A DNA stretch of 64,000 nt from an uncultured delta proteobacterium (GCA_963699755.1 CAVOVB010000010.1:204363-268362), one strand, 5' to 3'; positions 1 to 11,315 are shown, counted from the stretch's first letter. The notes: a model not told the origin generated them from the sequence alone. Made by a program: numbers and translations.

Positions 1-708
1 CTCGATCTCGTGCGTAGCTTCCCGCGGATGCTTCGACGCTTGGGGCTTCCCCTCTTTTACAGCGAAGGCTTTCGTCCGCTCCCGCGCCTCACCTTTGGGC
101 CCGCGCTTCCCGTCGGAACCGCCAGCCTTTGCGAGCACGTCGACATCAGGCTTCGAGCTTCCGAGAACCCCGACCTCGAACGACTCTGTGAGCGATTGAA
201 CCAAGTTGCAATCGATGGAATCGAGTTCTTCGGCCACAGGGTCCTCGGCCCTCACGACGCCGCCCTCAACCGGGTGATCGAGGAAACCGAGTTCGTCGTC
301 GCGTTGTCGAAGCACGAGCTCGCGAGTCTCGGCATCGCAGATGAGGCAGCGCTAAAAGCGATACTGAGCAAGCGACCGTCCGAGCTCCACATCGATCGAG
401 ACATCAAGGGCGTGAAGAAGCGCGTCGACGTCGGCGCCGCTCTCATCGACATCCGTGTCGGCGAAGGCGAGGAAGCGCTAGCCGAGGCTGGCCTCGCGGG
501 CGCTTTGTTGCCGGTGACCATCAGGCTCCGTCTCGGGGGCAAGACCACACCCCGCCCCGGCGAGGTACTTCGGGCGCTGACGGGAATGGACGAGCGCACC
601 CCTCGGGTGGTGCGGACCGGACTATTCGCGTTGCGGAGCGCTGGCCCGGTCGCGCCCTTGCAGTTGGAGTCCCTTCGCATCAAGTCACCTCTACAGGCTG
701 CTGAATGA
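1..708 (+). CDS. Radical SAM-linked protein, DUF2344/TIGR03936 domain (5'-truncated by window edge)
   Basis: Frame open from base 1; R..RR.GLP..YSEGF.P.PRL.FGPALPVG..S..E..D motif typical of DUF2344. Confidence 0.85.
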   Translation, partial: LDLVRSFPRMLRRLGLPLFYSEGFRPLPRLTFGPALPVGTASLCEHVDIRLRASENPDLERLCERLNQVAIDGIEFFGHRVLGPHDAALNRVIEETEFVVALSKHELASLGIADEAALKAILSKRPSELHIDRDIKGVKKRVDVGAALIDIRVGEGEEALAEAGLAGALLPVTIRLRLGGKTTPRPGEVLRALTGMDERTPRVVRTGLFALRSAGPVAPLQLESLRIKSPLQAAE

Positions 709-1319
709 CCGACCGTTTCGACATCTTGCGCAGTTGGGTTCGCCTCGCGGCGGACCGGGCTGTGGACCGCCTCACCAGCACCAAACTCGCCGCAGCGACG
801 AAGCAGGTGCTCGAACGTCTAATCCAGCAGCGATGGCGATTGAGCGACGAGTTGCTGACCGCCGCGGCAGCTCACGCAGAAGGCGTCGATTCCGCGATGG
901 TTTCCTGTCGCTCGGGCAGGATGTTCGTGGACGCATCGATGACCAACGGCAGGGAGGTCCAGTTCAGCTTGGCGCCACACGCCGTTCGGTTTGCACCCCG
1001 AGGCGCCAAAGAAATTTCCTTCGACGTCGAGCCTCCAGATGCGCACGACACTTCGATCGTCGGCGCCCTGGCGGCCTGCATCGCGAGGGCGACTTGGCCG
1101 ATGATCGCGTCGCCGGACTTAGGCGACCTGGGCGGCGCCATCGTCGAGCGTGAAAGCGCCGGCCGCCTGCGAGTCGACCTCCGAAGCGTTCCCGCCGTCC
1201 GCCGTTTCGCGTCCACCCAAGCCGCTGCCATGGTATTCGACCTGCTCGAGCTCGAATCAATCCGGGTAGAGGCGGGCGCCCTCGCCCTGAAGCTCAAGCT
1301 CCCGCAGCTAGCGCCGTAG
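705..1319 (+). CDS. Hypothetical protein
   Basis: 204-aa ORF, ATGA overlap with upstream stop, host-like codon usage. Confidence 0.7.
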   Translation: MTDRFDILRSWVRLAADRAVDRLTSTKLAAATKQVLERLIQQRWRLSDELLTAAAAHAEGVDSAMVSCRSGRMFVDASMTNGREVQFSLAPHAVRFAPRGAKEISFDVEPPDAHDTSIVGALAACIARATWPMIASPDLGDLGGAIVERESAGRLRVDLRSVPAVRRFASTQAAAMVFDLLELESIRVEAGALALKLKLPQLAP

Positions 1320-1350
1320 TTCGACCCTCTGTTGGACGCCTGGCAGGACT

Positions 1351-3024
1351 TTACAGCTCTTCTCTCCATTTCTGCGACAGCGCGACCTCGGCCTTGTAAT
1401 CGTCGACTGAGTGCTGACGCTCCTCTTCGGACCAGCCAATCAGCTCCGCCATCCGAGTCGCGACCTTTTCGACGGAGCCGAGCCCCTGCTCGAAGTCCCG
1501 GAAGAAGATCTGCGTCCGCCGAATCATCACGTCGCTGACGCTTGCGGCAAGCTCTTCCCGAACTCCGAAATCGACCTGCGCCATGATCTCCAAGCGTCCA
1601 GGCACGATCGGCTCGGCCAGAGCAGGATCGGCCTCGCAGAGCTTGGCAAGCTCGAGCGCCCGCATGCCGTAAGTATCGACCAAATGGCGGCCAACTTCTT
1701 TCGAGAGCGCGCAATCACATTGCGCCGCCATTTCGACCACCACCCTCTCGTGGTCATCATCTTCGGGCCAGCCGACCGCTCCCGGAAGCGGAAACTTGAA
1801 GGTTTGGCCGGACCGGAGGTGTTCGGGAAGCGCACCCGAGAGCTTGAGCAAATTGACGGCCACATCCACGCACTCTTTTGCCATCTTCCGATAGGTCGTG
1901 AGCTTGCCGCCGGCAATGGTGATCAAGCCATCTTCGCCGATGACGATCTGATGCTCGCGGCTGACCTGCGACTCGGACATTTCTCCGAGCTCGGGTTCGG
2001 GCGCGATGAGCGGGCGCAGCCCGGCCCAGGTGGAGATCACGTCGTCATGACGAATTTTCTTGGTTGGGAAGTAGTAATTCGAGGCGTCGATGAGGTAGTC
2101 GACGTCTGCGAGCGTTGCGGCCTCTCGGCCGGGTGCGCCGTCGTAGTCGGTGTCGGTCGTGCCTATATAGGTGCGTTCGCCCCAGGGTAGTGCGAAGAGA
2201 ACACGATCGTCTTCTGGATGGAAGAGCACGACGGCATGCTCGACCGGAAGCTTCTCCCGCTCAACGACGATGTGAATACCCTTGGTCGGACGGAGCATCT
2301 TGCTCTTTCGCGGGCCGCTCATCGCCAGCACCTCGTCCGTCCATGGACCGGTTGCATTGATGACCGTGTGTGCCTTCACCTCGCGAAGGCTTCGGTCGCG
2401 CTGGTTCTTCACGACCACTCCGGAAACGCGGCCTTGGTCGTTCTTGGTGAGCGCTTCGACACGAGCCCAGTTCACCACCACGCCGCCGTTTTGGATCGCA
2501 TCGATGATCGTTTCGAGCGTGAGCCGAGCGTCGTCTGTGGAGCAGTCGTAGTAGACGGGAGCGCCTTGCAGTCCCTCCTGCTTGAGGAGCGGCTCCTCTT
2601 CGGCGACCTCACTGGGTTTCAAGGTGCGGTGGCGCTTCGGCGAACGAAACAGCGCCAGGCCATCGTAGAGCCACATGCCGGCGCTGATCATGCGCAAGCT
2701 CTTTCGCGAGCCCTGAAAGACGGGAAACAAGAAGGCGAGCGGATTCACGAGATGCGGCGCGAGGTCCATGACGACACGGCGCTCGCTCACCGACTCGAAG
2801 ACCAAGCTGAACTCGTAGCTCTCGAGGTAGCGGAGCCCTCCGTGGATGAGCTTGCTAGAACGGGAGCTCGTTCCGTACGCGATGTCGTTTTGCTCGAACA
2901 GCGCCACGCGCATTCCGCGCCGCGCCGCATCTCGTACGATCCCGGCGCCTGTAATACCGCCGCCAATGACGACGAGGTCGACTTCTTCGGGGACTTGCTC
3001 CCACATCTCTTCACGCGAAGGCAT
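1351..3024 (-). CDS. glpD: FAD-dependent glycerol-3-phosphate dehydrogenase
   Basis: VIGGGITGAG, GTSSRSSKLIHGGLRYL, DDARL, WAGLRPL, SREH, GGKLTTYRKMA; ATG at 3024 overlaps cysC TGA. Confidence 0.95.
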   Translation of the reverse strand: MPSREEMWEQVPEEVDLVVIGGGITGAGIVRDAARRGMRVALFEQNDIAYGTSSRSSKLIHGGLRYLESYEFSLVFESVSERRVVMDLAPHLVNPLAFLFPVFQGSRKSLRMISAGMWLYDGLALFRSPKRHRTLKPSEVAEEEPLLKQEGLQGAPVYYDCSTDDARLTLETIIDAIQNGGVVVNWARVEALTKNDQGRVSGVVVKNQRDRSLREVKAHTVINATGPWTDEVLAMSGPRKSKMLRPTKGIHIVVEREKLPVEHAVVLFHPEDDRVLFALPWGERTYIGTTDTDYDGAPGREAATLADVDYLIDASNYYFPTKKIRHDDVISTWAGLRPLIAPEPELGEMSESQVSREHQIVIGEDGLITIAGGKLTTYRKMAKECVDVAVNLLKLSGALPEHLRSGQTFKFPLPGAVGWPEDDDHERVVVEMAAQCDCALSKEVGRHLVDTYGMRALELAKLCEADPALAEPIVPGRLEIMAQVDFGVREELAASVSDVMIRRTQIFFRDFEQGLGSVEKVATRMAELIGWSEEERQHSVDDYKAEVALSQKWREEL

Positions 3025-3650
3025 CAGGGTTCTCCTAGGATGTTCTGTTCTTCCAAGTAACGAATCACGAGACCAGCCGCTTCGTCGACGCTGAGGTGCG
3101 CGGTCTGAAGGCGAATCTCCGGATGCTCCGGAGCTTCGTACGGCGCGTCGAGCCCCGTGAAGTTCGAAATCTCGCCCGCCCTGGCCTTTTTGTATAGACC
3201 CTTCGGATCGCGCGCCTCGCAGATCTCGAGGGGGGTGTCGACGAACACTTCGATGAACTCGCCGGGCTTCATCAACCCGCGCACGCGGTCGCGGTCCGTC
3301 CGGTAGGGAGAAATGAAGGCCGACAGGACCAAACCACCGGCGTCTACAAAGAGTCGCGCAACCTCCCCGATGCGCCGAATGTTCTCGACCCTGTCTTCTG
3401 GAGCGAAGCCGAGATCGCTGTTGAGCCCTTGCCTTATATTGTCGCCGTCGAGCACGTAGGCGAAGGCGCCGCGCTCGATCAGCATCCGCTCGACGCGATG
3501 CCCGATGGTGCTCTTGCCAGACCCCGAAAGGCCCGTGAACCACAGGACGGCGCCACGATGCCCGTGTGCGGCCGCGCGGGCCTCCGGGTCGACCTCGCCG
3601 ATGTGCCAGGTCAGGTTTTCGGACTTGGGCGCGCTCATGGCGCGGAACAT
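3024..3650 (-). CDS. cysC: Adenylyl-sulfate kinase
   Basis: [45 protein letters not shown]. Confidence 0.96.
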   Translation of the reverse strand: MFRAMSAPKSENLTWHIGEVDPEARAAAHGHRGAVLWFTGLSGSGKSTIGHRVERMLIERGAFAYVLDGDNIRQGLNSDLGFAPEDRVENIRRIGEVARLFVDAGGLVLSAFISPYRTDRDRVRGLMKPGEFIEVFVDTPLEICEARDPKGLYKKARAGEISNFTGLDAPYEAPEHPEIRLQTAHLSVDEAAGLVIRYLEEQNILGEP

Positions 3651-3674
3651 AGCCTCGCTCCCCCGGGGAGCAAG

Positions 3675-4688
3675 CTAGTCGGCAAGCAGCTCCGCCAGGG
3701 CCAGCACCGTCAGCGGAGAGGAGCCCTCGGCCTTGTTGTTCACGATCACGTAGCACTCGATGTCGCGCTCGAGGGCAGCTCGAACCAGCCGGACGACGTC
3801 CTGCCGCATCTCGGACTGGGGCTCGACCAATCGGTCGAAGGGAGCGTATGCCTCTTTGAGCTCTGCGTAGCGCTGCCCAGGGGGTAGCAGCAGCCGAATG
3901 ACGAGCGGCGAGGCTCCGACCAAGCCATCGACACGCATTTGGTCGGCGATCCGGGGCATCCGCGACCAGTAATTGAAAACGTGACTGGCACCGTGCTTCT
4001 GAAGCGTCCTCGCATATTGGGTGGTCAGCAACTTGCGATCGCGAAGCTCGACTGCGAAAGGAAAGTCTTTCGGCGCAGCCTCGAGAAATGCGTCGAGCTT
4101 CTCGCAGAACCAAGTCGGGTCGAGCGGCGATGGGGACGGCGCAATCTCGACGATCCATGGGCCCATGTGCCGACTGAAGGCCCTGCGCGCCGGCTCGTGG
4201 ACCGCGTGCGCAAAGAGCTCCGCATCGAGAAAGCTAGGATTCTCCTTGCCGGCGTCCTCTCCGTAGCGATGGTGTCTCGGGTACCCCGGCATCGTGACGC
4301 GTTGCCATACTTTCACGGCGGCGCGGAAGTCATCGGGAAGCAGCCGAGAGTATGCCGCAAGCTCTTCCTCGGGAACAGGCTGGTAATAGCCTCGATCCAC
4401 GCCGACCGTTCTCATCAGTGGGTGCTGGGCGTACTCGCCCAGAGATTCGCGAAGAAAGGCGCGCTGGTTCGCATACCGCCGGCGATAGACGAGGCCGGCC
4501 CATCCAGGAAAGGTCCAGCTCGATGTGCCGAAGCGAAGCTTCGAAGGAAGGCGGTCGCGAATCGATTCGAGCTCACGCTGCGCGTCCTCAACCAGATCGG
4601 CAGCCTGTTGCCCGGGCTGGTCGAAGAGCCCGAGCTGCGACTCCTCGTCGCCAAAAAGAGGGCTCTTAGGGCGCCGCCGCCGAGTCAT
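3675..4688 (-). CDS. DUF72 domain protein
   Basis: GTSSW..PGW.G..Y, L..YA..P...TV.VD..YY, AVELR, NNKAEG motifs. Confidence 0.88.
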   Translation of the reverse strand: MTRRRRPKSPLFGDEESQLGLFDQPGQQAADLVEDAQRELESIRDRLPSKLRFGTSSWTFPGWAGLVYRRRYANQRAFLRESLGEYAQHPLMRTVGVDRGYYQPVPEEELAAYSRLLPDDFRAAVKVWQRVTMPGYPRHHRYGEDAGKENPSFLDAELFAHAVHEPARRAFSRHMGPWIVEIAPSPSPLDPTWFCEKLDAFLEAAPKDFPFAVELRDRKLLTTQYARTLQKHGASHVFNYWSRMPRIADQMRVDGLVGASPLVIRLLLPPGQRYAELKEAYAPFDRLVEPQSEMRQDVVRLVRAALERDIECYVIVNNKAEGSSPLTVLALAELLAD

Positions 4689-5797
4689 TCCTGACCGTTA
4701 CGCCGAACTGCGATGTTGTGCTGACGAAGCGTCTTGCTGAAGTGGTGCTGCCCTCCGCCCCGTGCGACGAAGTAGAAGTATTCATGCTTTTCCGGTTTGA
4801 TGACCGCAGCGATTGACGCCGCTCCCGGATTGCTGATCGGACCTGGTGGCAGCCCCGAATGCCGATAGGTGTTGTACGGGTTTTCGGCATCGTCCAGCAT
4901 CGCCCGGGTGATTTGGCCGTCGTAGCCCGCGCACGATGGCGCGGCTTCGGGGACTGACATACAACCGTATTGGACCGTTGGATCGGCTTGAAGTCGTCGA
5001 CGCGGCAAGAAGCGGCGGGAGTTCAGTCGGTTCCAAAACACGCCGGCGATCCTGGCCCGCTCTGCCGGCACCGCGGCTTCTTTTTCGACGATGGAAGCCA
5101 AGGTGATGATGTCGTGCGTCGTCCAGTCCTTCAGCTGGGCGAGCTCTGCGGCATACTTCTCCTCGAGCTCTTCGTACCTGCGAGTCCAGTTCGCCAACAT
5201 CCGTTCGACGACTCGTCTGGGCTTGGTCTGATCGTCGAACTCGTAGGTATCGGGAAAGAGATACCCCTCGGCGTCGTTGGCTTCGACACCATAGCTCGCA
5301 AGCAGGGCCGCATCTTCGCTCGCATCGAGAAAATCGTCCGCCGAGCAAACCCCGTACTCTTCGAGGCGGTCCGCGATCTCGAATCGTGAAAAACCTTCCG
5401 GGATCAGCAGCCGCACCTGAATGCGGCCCAGGCGCGTCGTCGCGTGACGCGCAACCTCTTCGGGTGTCATCGGCACGCGGAACCGCACCTTGCCTTGACG
5501 AAGGTGCCGGTCGAGGCCGCGCATGCGCATGTAGAGAGACCAGACTCTCGGGTCATCGATGACCCCTTCGCTCCTGAGCTCCCCGGCGAGCTTGCGGAGG
5601 GTCGTCCCTTCCGAAACCTCGATCACGACTTCCTCGACCCCCGCGGAAGGGCCCCCGCTATCGGGGTAGATGACGAACAGCCAGCCGAGCGCGCCGAGAA
5701 GGCCGAGGATGGCGATCAGCGTGACGAGGCTAAGGGCTCGTCCGATGGTCGCTCCAACGTCGCTCTCCACCTTGATGGGCTGTCCGGGTCCTTCCAC
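4685..5797 (-). CDS. mltG: Endolytic transglycosylase MltG
   Basis: N-terminal TM, IPEG, EGYLFPDTY, ASIVEKE, LQADPTVQY, NPYNTY...GLPPGPISNPG, YFYFVA. Confidence 0.95.
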   Translation of the reverse strand: MEGPGQPIKVESDVGATIGRALSLVTLIAILGLLGALGWLFVIYPDSGGPSAGVEEVVIEVSEGTTLRKLAGELRSEGVIDDPRVWSLYMRMRGLDRHLRQGKVRFRVPMTPEEVARHATTRLGRIQVRLLIPEGFSRFEIADRLEEYGVCSADDFLDASEDAALLASYGVEANDAEGYLFPDTYEFDDQTKPRRVVERMLANWTRRYEELEEKYAAELAQLKDWTTHDIITLASIVEKEAAVPAERARIAGVFWNRLNSRRFLPRRRLQADPTVQYGCMSVPEAAPSCAGYDGQITRAMLDDAENPYNTYRHSGLPPGPISNPGAASIAAVIKPEKHEYFYFVARGGGQHHFSKTLRQHNIAVRRNGQE

Positions 5798-5806
5798 GCT
5801 CCGACC

Positions 5807-6220
5807 TCAATTGGCGTCTAGATACCCTTGTAGCAAAATTGTCGCCGCTGATTGATCGACAACTTCACGGCCTTTGGCCCCTCGGCGACCCATTGCACGG
5901 AGTGAGCGCTCCGCCGCCACGGTGGTCAGGCGCTCGTCCCAGAACCTGACCTCGACGCCGAGTACTCGTCCGAGGATTTCGCCGAAGGCCCGCGCGCGCC
6001 GGGCTGCCTCCCCTTCGCTGCCATCGAGTCGTAGAGGTAGCCCTACCACGGCCAAGCCAACATCGTCATCACGGAGCGCGTGCAGCACCCTTCTTGCTGC
6101 CTCTTCGGGGCTGCCCCGCGCCTGAACAGTCTCTCGGGGAAAGGCGATCGAGCGGAGCTCGTCCGAGATCGCGATGCCTATCCGGGCCTCGCCCGGGTCG
6201 ATTCCGACGATTCGACTCAT
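5807..6220 (-). CDS. ruvX: YqgF/RuvX family pre-16S rRNA nuclease / resolvase
   Basis: IVGIDPGEARIGIAISD, VVGLPL, DERLTT, VDQSAATILLQGYLD. Confidence 0.93.
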   Translation of the reverse strand: MSRIVGIDPGEARIGIAISDELRSIAFPRETVQARGSPEEAARRVLHALRDDDVGLAVVGLPLRLDGSEGEAARRARAFGEILGRVLGVEVRFWDERLTTVAAERSLRAMGRRGAKGREVVDQSAATILLQGYLDAN

Positions 6221-6221
6221 T

Positions 6222-7658
6222 TCAGCCTCCGACCACGGGCTGCGGCCCACCATCGGGAGGCGGAGCCGGTCGACTCGACGCGATTCGCTGACTGAGCAGC
6301 GGCAACACGTAGGGGAAGCCGACTTGGAATTGATCGACGTCGGGCGCGATTTGCCCTGCTAGCCAGAACATCATCACGGCCGCTCGCTCTACGTAGAACC
6401 AACCGTCCGGATAGTGGAACGAGCGCATCAAGGTCCGAAGCTCGCGGCGTTCGACCTCGGGGTCGGCCAGTGCTTCGAGCTCTCTCGAATTGGCATTCAT
6501 GAGCGCGCCTGGGGTGCGCTCTTTTAGCTTAAGGAGCTTCTGGAAATACGTTTTCACCGTCTGCTCGAGCAGCGCCCGGTCGCCGCCCTCTGCTACGAAG
6601 CCCATCGCCTCGATGCCCTCCATCGCCAAAGAGTCGTTCTGCTCGAAGAATCCGCGAAGGACGTCCACCATCCCATAGACGGTCTTGTCATCGACTTCGC
6701 TGATGGCGCCAAAGTCGAGCACCACGAGCTTGGCGTCGTCGGAGCCTGCTACCGGTTGGACGAGGAAGTTGCCCGGATGTGGATCCGCATGGAAAAAGCG
6801 GTCGACGAAGAGCTGCTTGTAGAAACTCTTCACGAGCCGCTCGGCAAGCTTGTGCAGATCGACCCCGCGTTCCCGAATCGCGTCTACGTGTGTGATCTTG
6901 ATGCCCTCCATGAAGGTCATCGTGAGCACGTCTCGAGTCGTGGCCTCCGCGATCACTTCGGGGAACAGAATGTGATCATCGTCAGCGAAGTTCGCGGACA
7001 TGCGGCGCATACAATCAGCCTCGTGCAAATAGTCCGTCTCGCGACGCAAGAGGTCGACGAGCGACGAGTGAACCGCCTCTATGTTTTGCACGGGGACGAA
7101 CCACTTGTAGACGCGGACCATCAGCTTGACCACGCGCATGTCGATACGGACGATGTCGCGAATCCCAGGGTACAAGACCTTGACCGCGACCTTGCGGCCG
7201 TCGTCCATGTAGGCGACGTGCACCTGCCCCAAGGAGGCCGCTGCAACCGGCTCACGCTCCATGTTTCGAAAAAACGCCTCAGGTGGGCCGCCGAGGCTCT
7301 CGATGAAAGCCTGCTCGATCTCGTCGAACGAGTGCGGCGGAACGGCGTCCTGGAGAGTCTCGAGACGCTTGATGTAGACCGACGGCAGGAAGCCGCCCAT
7401 GATCGACAAGACCTGCCCCAACTTGATGTAGACCCCCCGCAGCTTGAGCATCCCCGCGAGCATTCGCTTCGAGTTGTTTTCGTCGACCCGGAACTGACGT
7501 CGTGCCAGCCAGGCGGGGACGACGGGCTCCTCGCGCCCTGTCTCGCGATCGTGACGCCAGCGTCGGAAAACCTTCAGGAGGCCCAATTGCACCAAGTAGC
7601 TGGCGAGAATGACGCCAAAGGTGAGTTGGGCACGGACAAGGCGGATGAATAGTTTCAT
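6222..7658 (-). CDS. AarF/ABC1/UbiB kinase family protein
   Basis: YIKLGQVLS, AAASLGQVH, VAVKVLYPG, FHADPHPGN, LDFGA; ATG at 7658 preferred over ORF-track start. Confidence 0.92.
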   Translation of the reverse strand: MKLFIRLVRAQLTFGVILASYLVQLGLLKVFRRWRHDRETGREEPVVPAWLARRQFRVDENNSKRMLAGMLKLRGVYIKLGQVLSIMGGFLPSVYIKRLETLQDAVPPHSFDEIEQAFIESLGGPPEAFFRNMEREPVAAASLGQVHVAYMDDGRKVAVKVLYPGIRDIVRIDMRVVKLMVRVYKWFVPVQNIEAVHSSLVDLLRRETDYLHEADCMRRMSANFADDDHILFPEVIAEATTRDVLTMTFMEGIKITHVDAIRERGVDLHKLAERLVKSFYKQLFVDRFFHADPHPGNFLVQPVAGSDDAKLVVLDFGAISEVDDKTVYGMVDVLRGFFEQNDSLAMEGIEAMGFVAEGGDRALLEQTVKTYFQKLLKLKERTPGALMNANSRELEALADPEVERRELRTLMRSFHYPDGWFYVERAAVMMFWLAGQIAPDVDQFQVGFPYVLPLLSQRIASSRPAPPPDGGPQPVVGG

Positions 7659-7748
7659 GCTAGGTGGCGTCGAGGCAAGCGTAGCAGCGATTGGGTAGCG
7701 GCCCACCGCTTTGGCTGCGGCGCCCGATCGGTATAAGGTTGTAAGGTA

Positions 7749-9149
7749 GTGTCGGGTAGTCCAAGCCGGAAGCTCCGGGAAAAACTGCATAGCGCCCTGC
7801 GTAGGGAGCGGCTCACGGAAGCGCTGCGCCTGTACGAGGCACTCGAAGAGGTGGAGCCCCACGAAGCTCGCTGGCCGCATCGTAAAGGCGACCTCCTGAA
7901 GCGTCTAGGACGACCCCACGATGCAGTCGAGGCCTATGAGCACGCAATCGACCTCTATGCGCAACAAGGTTTCGTGGCCCGCGCGGCGGCGATGGCCAAG
8001 GTGGTGATGGGCATCGTTCCGGAGCGCGACGAAGTCCTCTCGCGCGTGAATCCGGACACCGCGCGCAGGCTCCACCGCTCGACGAGGTCGACGGTCGTCA
8101 CGGCCAATCTAGAGCCAGAGGCTGACAGCCAAGAGATCACGCAGACCAAGACCAAACGCATTTCGGCCGACGCGCTTCCGCTGATCGCGGACGAGTCTGC
8201 GCTGGATGAGGCGCTCCGATTCACGAGGCCCCCCGACCCTCGCCGTCCGACACTCGCGCTCGACATCTCGGACGCGGAGCTGCAGGACCGGCTCGCACTG
8301 GACGAGGACGGCCTCCACGAGCGACCGACGCCGGAGCACCTCGCCCAACTTCCGTCGGTGCCCTTGTTCGCGGAGGTCCCGCAGTCGATCTTGGCCAAGA
8401 TGGTCAAAGAGTCGCGCCTCGTGAATCTCGAGCCGGGCGAGAATCTCATCGAGCGCGGCACGACCGCCGATGCGCTCTACGTGCTCGTCGACGGTAGCGT
8501 GCAGCTGATTCGAGCCGCCGATGAAGACGCGATGATCTTTTCGGAAGGCGACGTCGTCGGCATCTCCTGTCTGCTCGAACGCGTTCGCTACGAAGGGGAC
8601 GTGACGGCGCGAACGAAGGTCAGCGCGCTCCGAATCAGCAAGCTCTTGCTCGATCGGCTCGTCGCGGAGCACCCCCCTCTGGACGAAGTCTTACTGGAGG
8701 TTCTGGGCCGACGTCTGGTGTCGACGTTGGTTCGCACTGACCCAATGTTTGCGGGGCTCGACAACGGCACGCGCTCGGAGGTCACGGCGATGTTCGAGGT
8801 ACGCCGCGCCGCTCGGGGGACCGCGATTTTGAAGGCGGGCAGGAGGGCCGATGGCCTCTACGTCCCCATGGTCGGCGAGTTGATCGCGATCGGGATGGAA
8901 GGCGAAGAGCTCGGCAGGCTGAAGCTAGGCCGGGCGCTCGGTCAGCACTCGATTCTGACCCAAGCTCCGTCGCCCTTCACGGTGATGGCCGCCTCCGATG
9001 TCTTGGTCCTTCGGATGTCCGCCCGGCGCTTCCATGAGGTGGCCTCCAAGCGCCCTTCGGTGATGGCACACCTCGAGGAGCTCGCTAGTAGGCCCGACAC
9101 CCCCACCTTCTCGCTCATGCCGGCCCCCTTTGGAAAGCGCAGCGGCTGA
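7749..9149 (+). CDS. TPR-like N-terminus plus two cyclic-nucleotide-binding-like domains
   Basis: PLFAEVP...GE.LIERG..AD.LYVLVDG.V and second repeat PMFAGL...[12 protein letters not shown]-like N-terminus. Confidence 0.82.
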   Translation: MSGSPSRKLREKLHSALRRERLTEALRLYEALEEVEPHEARWPHRKGDLLKRLGRPHDAVEAYEHAIDLYAQQGFVARAAAMAKVVMGIVPERDEVLSRVNPDTARRLHRSTRSTVVTANLEPEADSQEITQTKTKRISADALPLIADESALDEALRFTRPPDPRRPTLALDISDAELQDRLALDEDGLHERPTPEHLAQLPSVPLFAEVPQSILAKMVKESRLVNLEPGENLIERGTTADALYVLVDGSVQLIRAADEDAMIFSEGDVVGISCLLERVRYEGDVTARTKVSALRISKLLLDRLVAEHPPLDEVLLEVLGRRLVSTLVRTDPMFAGLDNGTRSEVTAMFEVRRAARGTAILKAGRRADGLYVPMVGELIAIGMEGEELGRLKLGRALGQHSILTQAPSPFTVMAASDVLVLRMSARRFHEVASKRPSVMAHLEELASRPDTPTFSLMPAPFGKRSG

Positions 9150-9203
9150 GCGCGGGCGGAGGCGAGGTGCGCGGCTCGACGAACCGCCTATACTGCCGCT
9201 CCC

Positions 9204-10544
9204 ATGAGTTACAGCGCATCCTTTCGTTGCGTCGCCGGTTGCAGCGGGTCTTATCCTCTCACTCAGGTGATCTACTCCTGCCCGAGCTGCGGAGAGCTCC
9301 TCGAAGTCCAGCACGACATGGAAGCTTTGAAGACCCGAAGCGGCTCCTCTTGGAGCAAGCTTTTCGATCAACGTTGGATGACGCGGGACTGGCCGTACGG
9401 TAGCGGAGTCTGGGGCAAGAAGGAGTGGGTGCAGCCCATGCTGCGTGACGAGAACGTCGTGTCCATGGCAGAAGGCGGAACCAACCTCTTCTGGGCGGAG
9501 CGCTACGGCAAAACCCTCGGCCTCGACGATGTGTGGATCAAGAACTGCGGCAACAGTCACACGGGCTCCTTCAAGGATCTCGGCATGACCGTCCTGGTGA
9601 GCACGGTGAAACAGGCGATTGAAGACGGGCAACCGATTCGTGCTATCGCATGTGCATCGACTGGTGACACCTCGGCCGCGGTTGCGGCGTATTGCGCCTC
9701 CGCAGGGATCCCCTCGGTGGTCTTGCTGCCGAAGGGCAAAGTAACCACAGCGCAGCTCGTTCAGCCCTTGGCCAACGGCGCACTCGTCTGCGCGCTCGAT
9801 ACCGACTTCGACGGCTGCATGGAGATCGTCCAGAAGCTCACGACCGAACAGGGCATCTACCTCGCGAACTCGATGAACTCTCTTCGACTAGAAGGGCAAA
9901 AGACGGTCGCCATCGAGATTGTCCAGCAGTTCGACTGGAAAGCACCCGACTGGGTGATCATTCCAGGTGGCAATCTCGGTAACGTCGCCGCGCTGGGCGC
10001 GGGCTTCAACATGATGCTCGAGCTTGGTCTGATTTCGACGCGGCCACGGATCTGCCTGGCGCAGGCCGAACAAGCCAATCCCCTCTATCGGGCGTACAAG
10101 CAAGGCTGGGACAGCTTCGAACCAATCACCGCCGGCCCGACCGAGGCCAGCGCCATCCGAATTGGCAATCCCGTGAGTGTCCGCCGAGCGATTCGGGCGC
10201 TCGAGGCGTTCGATGGCGTGGTCGAACAGGCGAGTGAGTCAGAGCTCGCTGAAGCGTCGGCGGCGGCAGACCGGGCTGGCAGCTATACCTGCCCCCACAC
10301 CGGCGTTGCGCTTGCAGCCCTCGAGAAGCTTCGCGCCCAGGGCATGATCGAACCCGGGCAGCGCGTCGTGGTCATCTCCACCGCCAACGGCCTGAAGTTC
10401 ACCCAGTTCAAGATTCGCTATCACGAGAACGAAATCCCTGGGGTCGAGAGCAAGCACCCCAATACGCCAGTGAGTCTCCCAAGCGAGTTCGAAGCGGTGA
10501 AGGCTTCGGTGTTTCGAGAGCTCGACAAGCGAGCCAAGGCCTAG
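9204..10544 (+). CDS. thrC: Threonine synthase (plant/delta type)
   Basis: [10 protein letters not shown] (PLP Lys), [38 protein letters not shown]. Confidence 0.95.
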   Translation: MSYSASFRCVAGCSGSYPLTQVIYSCPSCGELLEVQHDMEALKTRSGSSWSKLFDQRWMTRDWPYGSGVWGKKEWVQPMLRDENVVSMAEGGTNLFWAERYGKTLGLDDVWIKNCGNSHTGSFKDLGMTVLVSTVKQAIEDGQPIRAIACASTGDTSAAVAAYCASAGIPSVVLLPKGKVTTAQLVQPLANGALVCALDTDFDGCMEIVQKLTTEQGIYLANSMNSLRLEGQKTVAIEIVQQFDWKAPDWVIIPGGNLGNVAALGAGFNMMLELGLISTRPRICLAQAEQANPLYRAYKQGWDSFEPITAGPTEASAIRIGNPVSVRRAIRALEAFDGVVEQASESELAEASAAADRAGSYTCPHTGVALAALEKLRAQGMIEPGQRVVVISTANGLKFTQFKIRYHENEIPGVESKHPNTPVSLPSEFEAVKASVFRELDKRAKA

Positions 10545-10562
10545 CGCCCTCCCGGCGGCAGC

Positions 10563-10823
10563 TCAGGTTCCGAGTCTGCTCGCCAGCAGCTCTCGATCTT
10601 CTCGGCGTAGGTTGACGAAGCGCATCCGGACTTCGAAATGCGTTTCGTCGACGCGTTTCGCGCCGAGCACCCTGCCCTCGAAGATCCGGTCGCCCGCATC
10701 ACTGCTTGCCCTGAAGCGAATCGGCGAACCCGGCGCGAATGCTCGCGGGCTCAGGAGCTTCATGAGGTCTCGATCGAAGTCGATCGCCTCGGCGTCCTCG
10801 CCGCTCTCCAAGCGAAGCTTCAC
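10563..10823 (-). CDS. Small PilZ-like protein
   Basis: 86 aa, S.RAFAPG.P...GRV...KR.....F.VR.RF.NL pattern; follows smpB. Confidence 0.6.
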   Translation of the reverse strand: MKLRLESGEDAEAIDFDRDLMKLLSPRAFAPGSPIRFRASSDAGDRIFEGRVLGAKRVDETHFEVRMRFVNLRREDRELLASRLGT

Positions 10824-10826
10824 GGC

Positions 10827-11315
10827 TCAACCCTTTCGCCGCTGCATCGCTGCCCGCGCTTCCTTCAGGTCTTCCTGGCGACGGATCGATTCGCGTTCGT
10901 CGCCCTTCTTCTTGCCCAGGCCCAGGCCGAGCTGAACCTTCGCGACACCGTTCTTGAAGTACACCTGAAGGGGAATCAGCGCGTACCCGCGCATCGTCAG
11001 CCGGCCGCGGAGCTTTTCGATTTCACGCTTGTGCACCAGCAGCTTTCGACGGCGCTGCGTCTCGTGACCCGCATGGCCTCCCATTTCGTAGGGCGCGATG
11101 TGCATGCCGTAGAGGAAGAGCTCGTCGGCATCGATTCGGCAGTAGGCGCCCTCGAGGTTGGCGCGGCGGGCCCGCAGGCTCTTCACCTCGGTACCGTAGA
11201 GTACCATTCCGGCCTCGAGCCGCTCCTCGATGTCGTATCGCTTGGCGGCCATTGGGTTCCGGCACACCAGGAGCTCCATCCCTGGGACACCTTTGTCAAC
11301 GCGCTTCTTCGCCAT
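10827..11315 (-). CDS. smpB: SsrA-binding protein SmpB
   Basis: EAGMVLYGTEVKSLR, HIAPY, RKLLVHKREI, GKKKGDERE. Confidence 0.96.
   Translation of the reverse strand: MAKKRVDKGVPGMELLVCRNPMAAKRYDIEERLEAGMVLYGTEVKSLRARRANLEGAYCRIDADELFLYGMHIAPYEMGGHAGHETQRRRKLLVHKREIEKLRGRLTMRGYALIPLQVYFKNGVAKVQLGLGLGKKKGDERESIRRQEDLKEARAAMQRRKG

Noticed and set aside
1351..4158. 935-aa ORF as a large GlpD fusion
   Set aside because: The N-terminal ~380 aa is an off-frame read through DUF72 and cysC; GlpD similarity begins at ATG 3024
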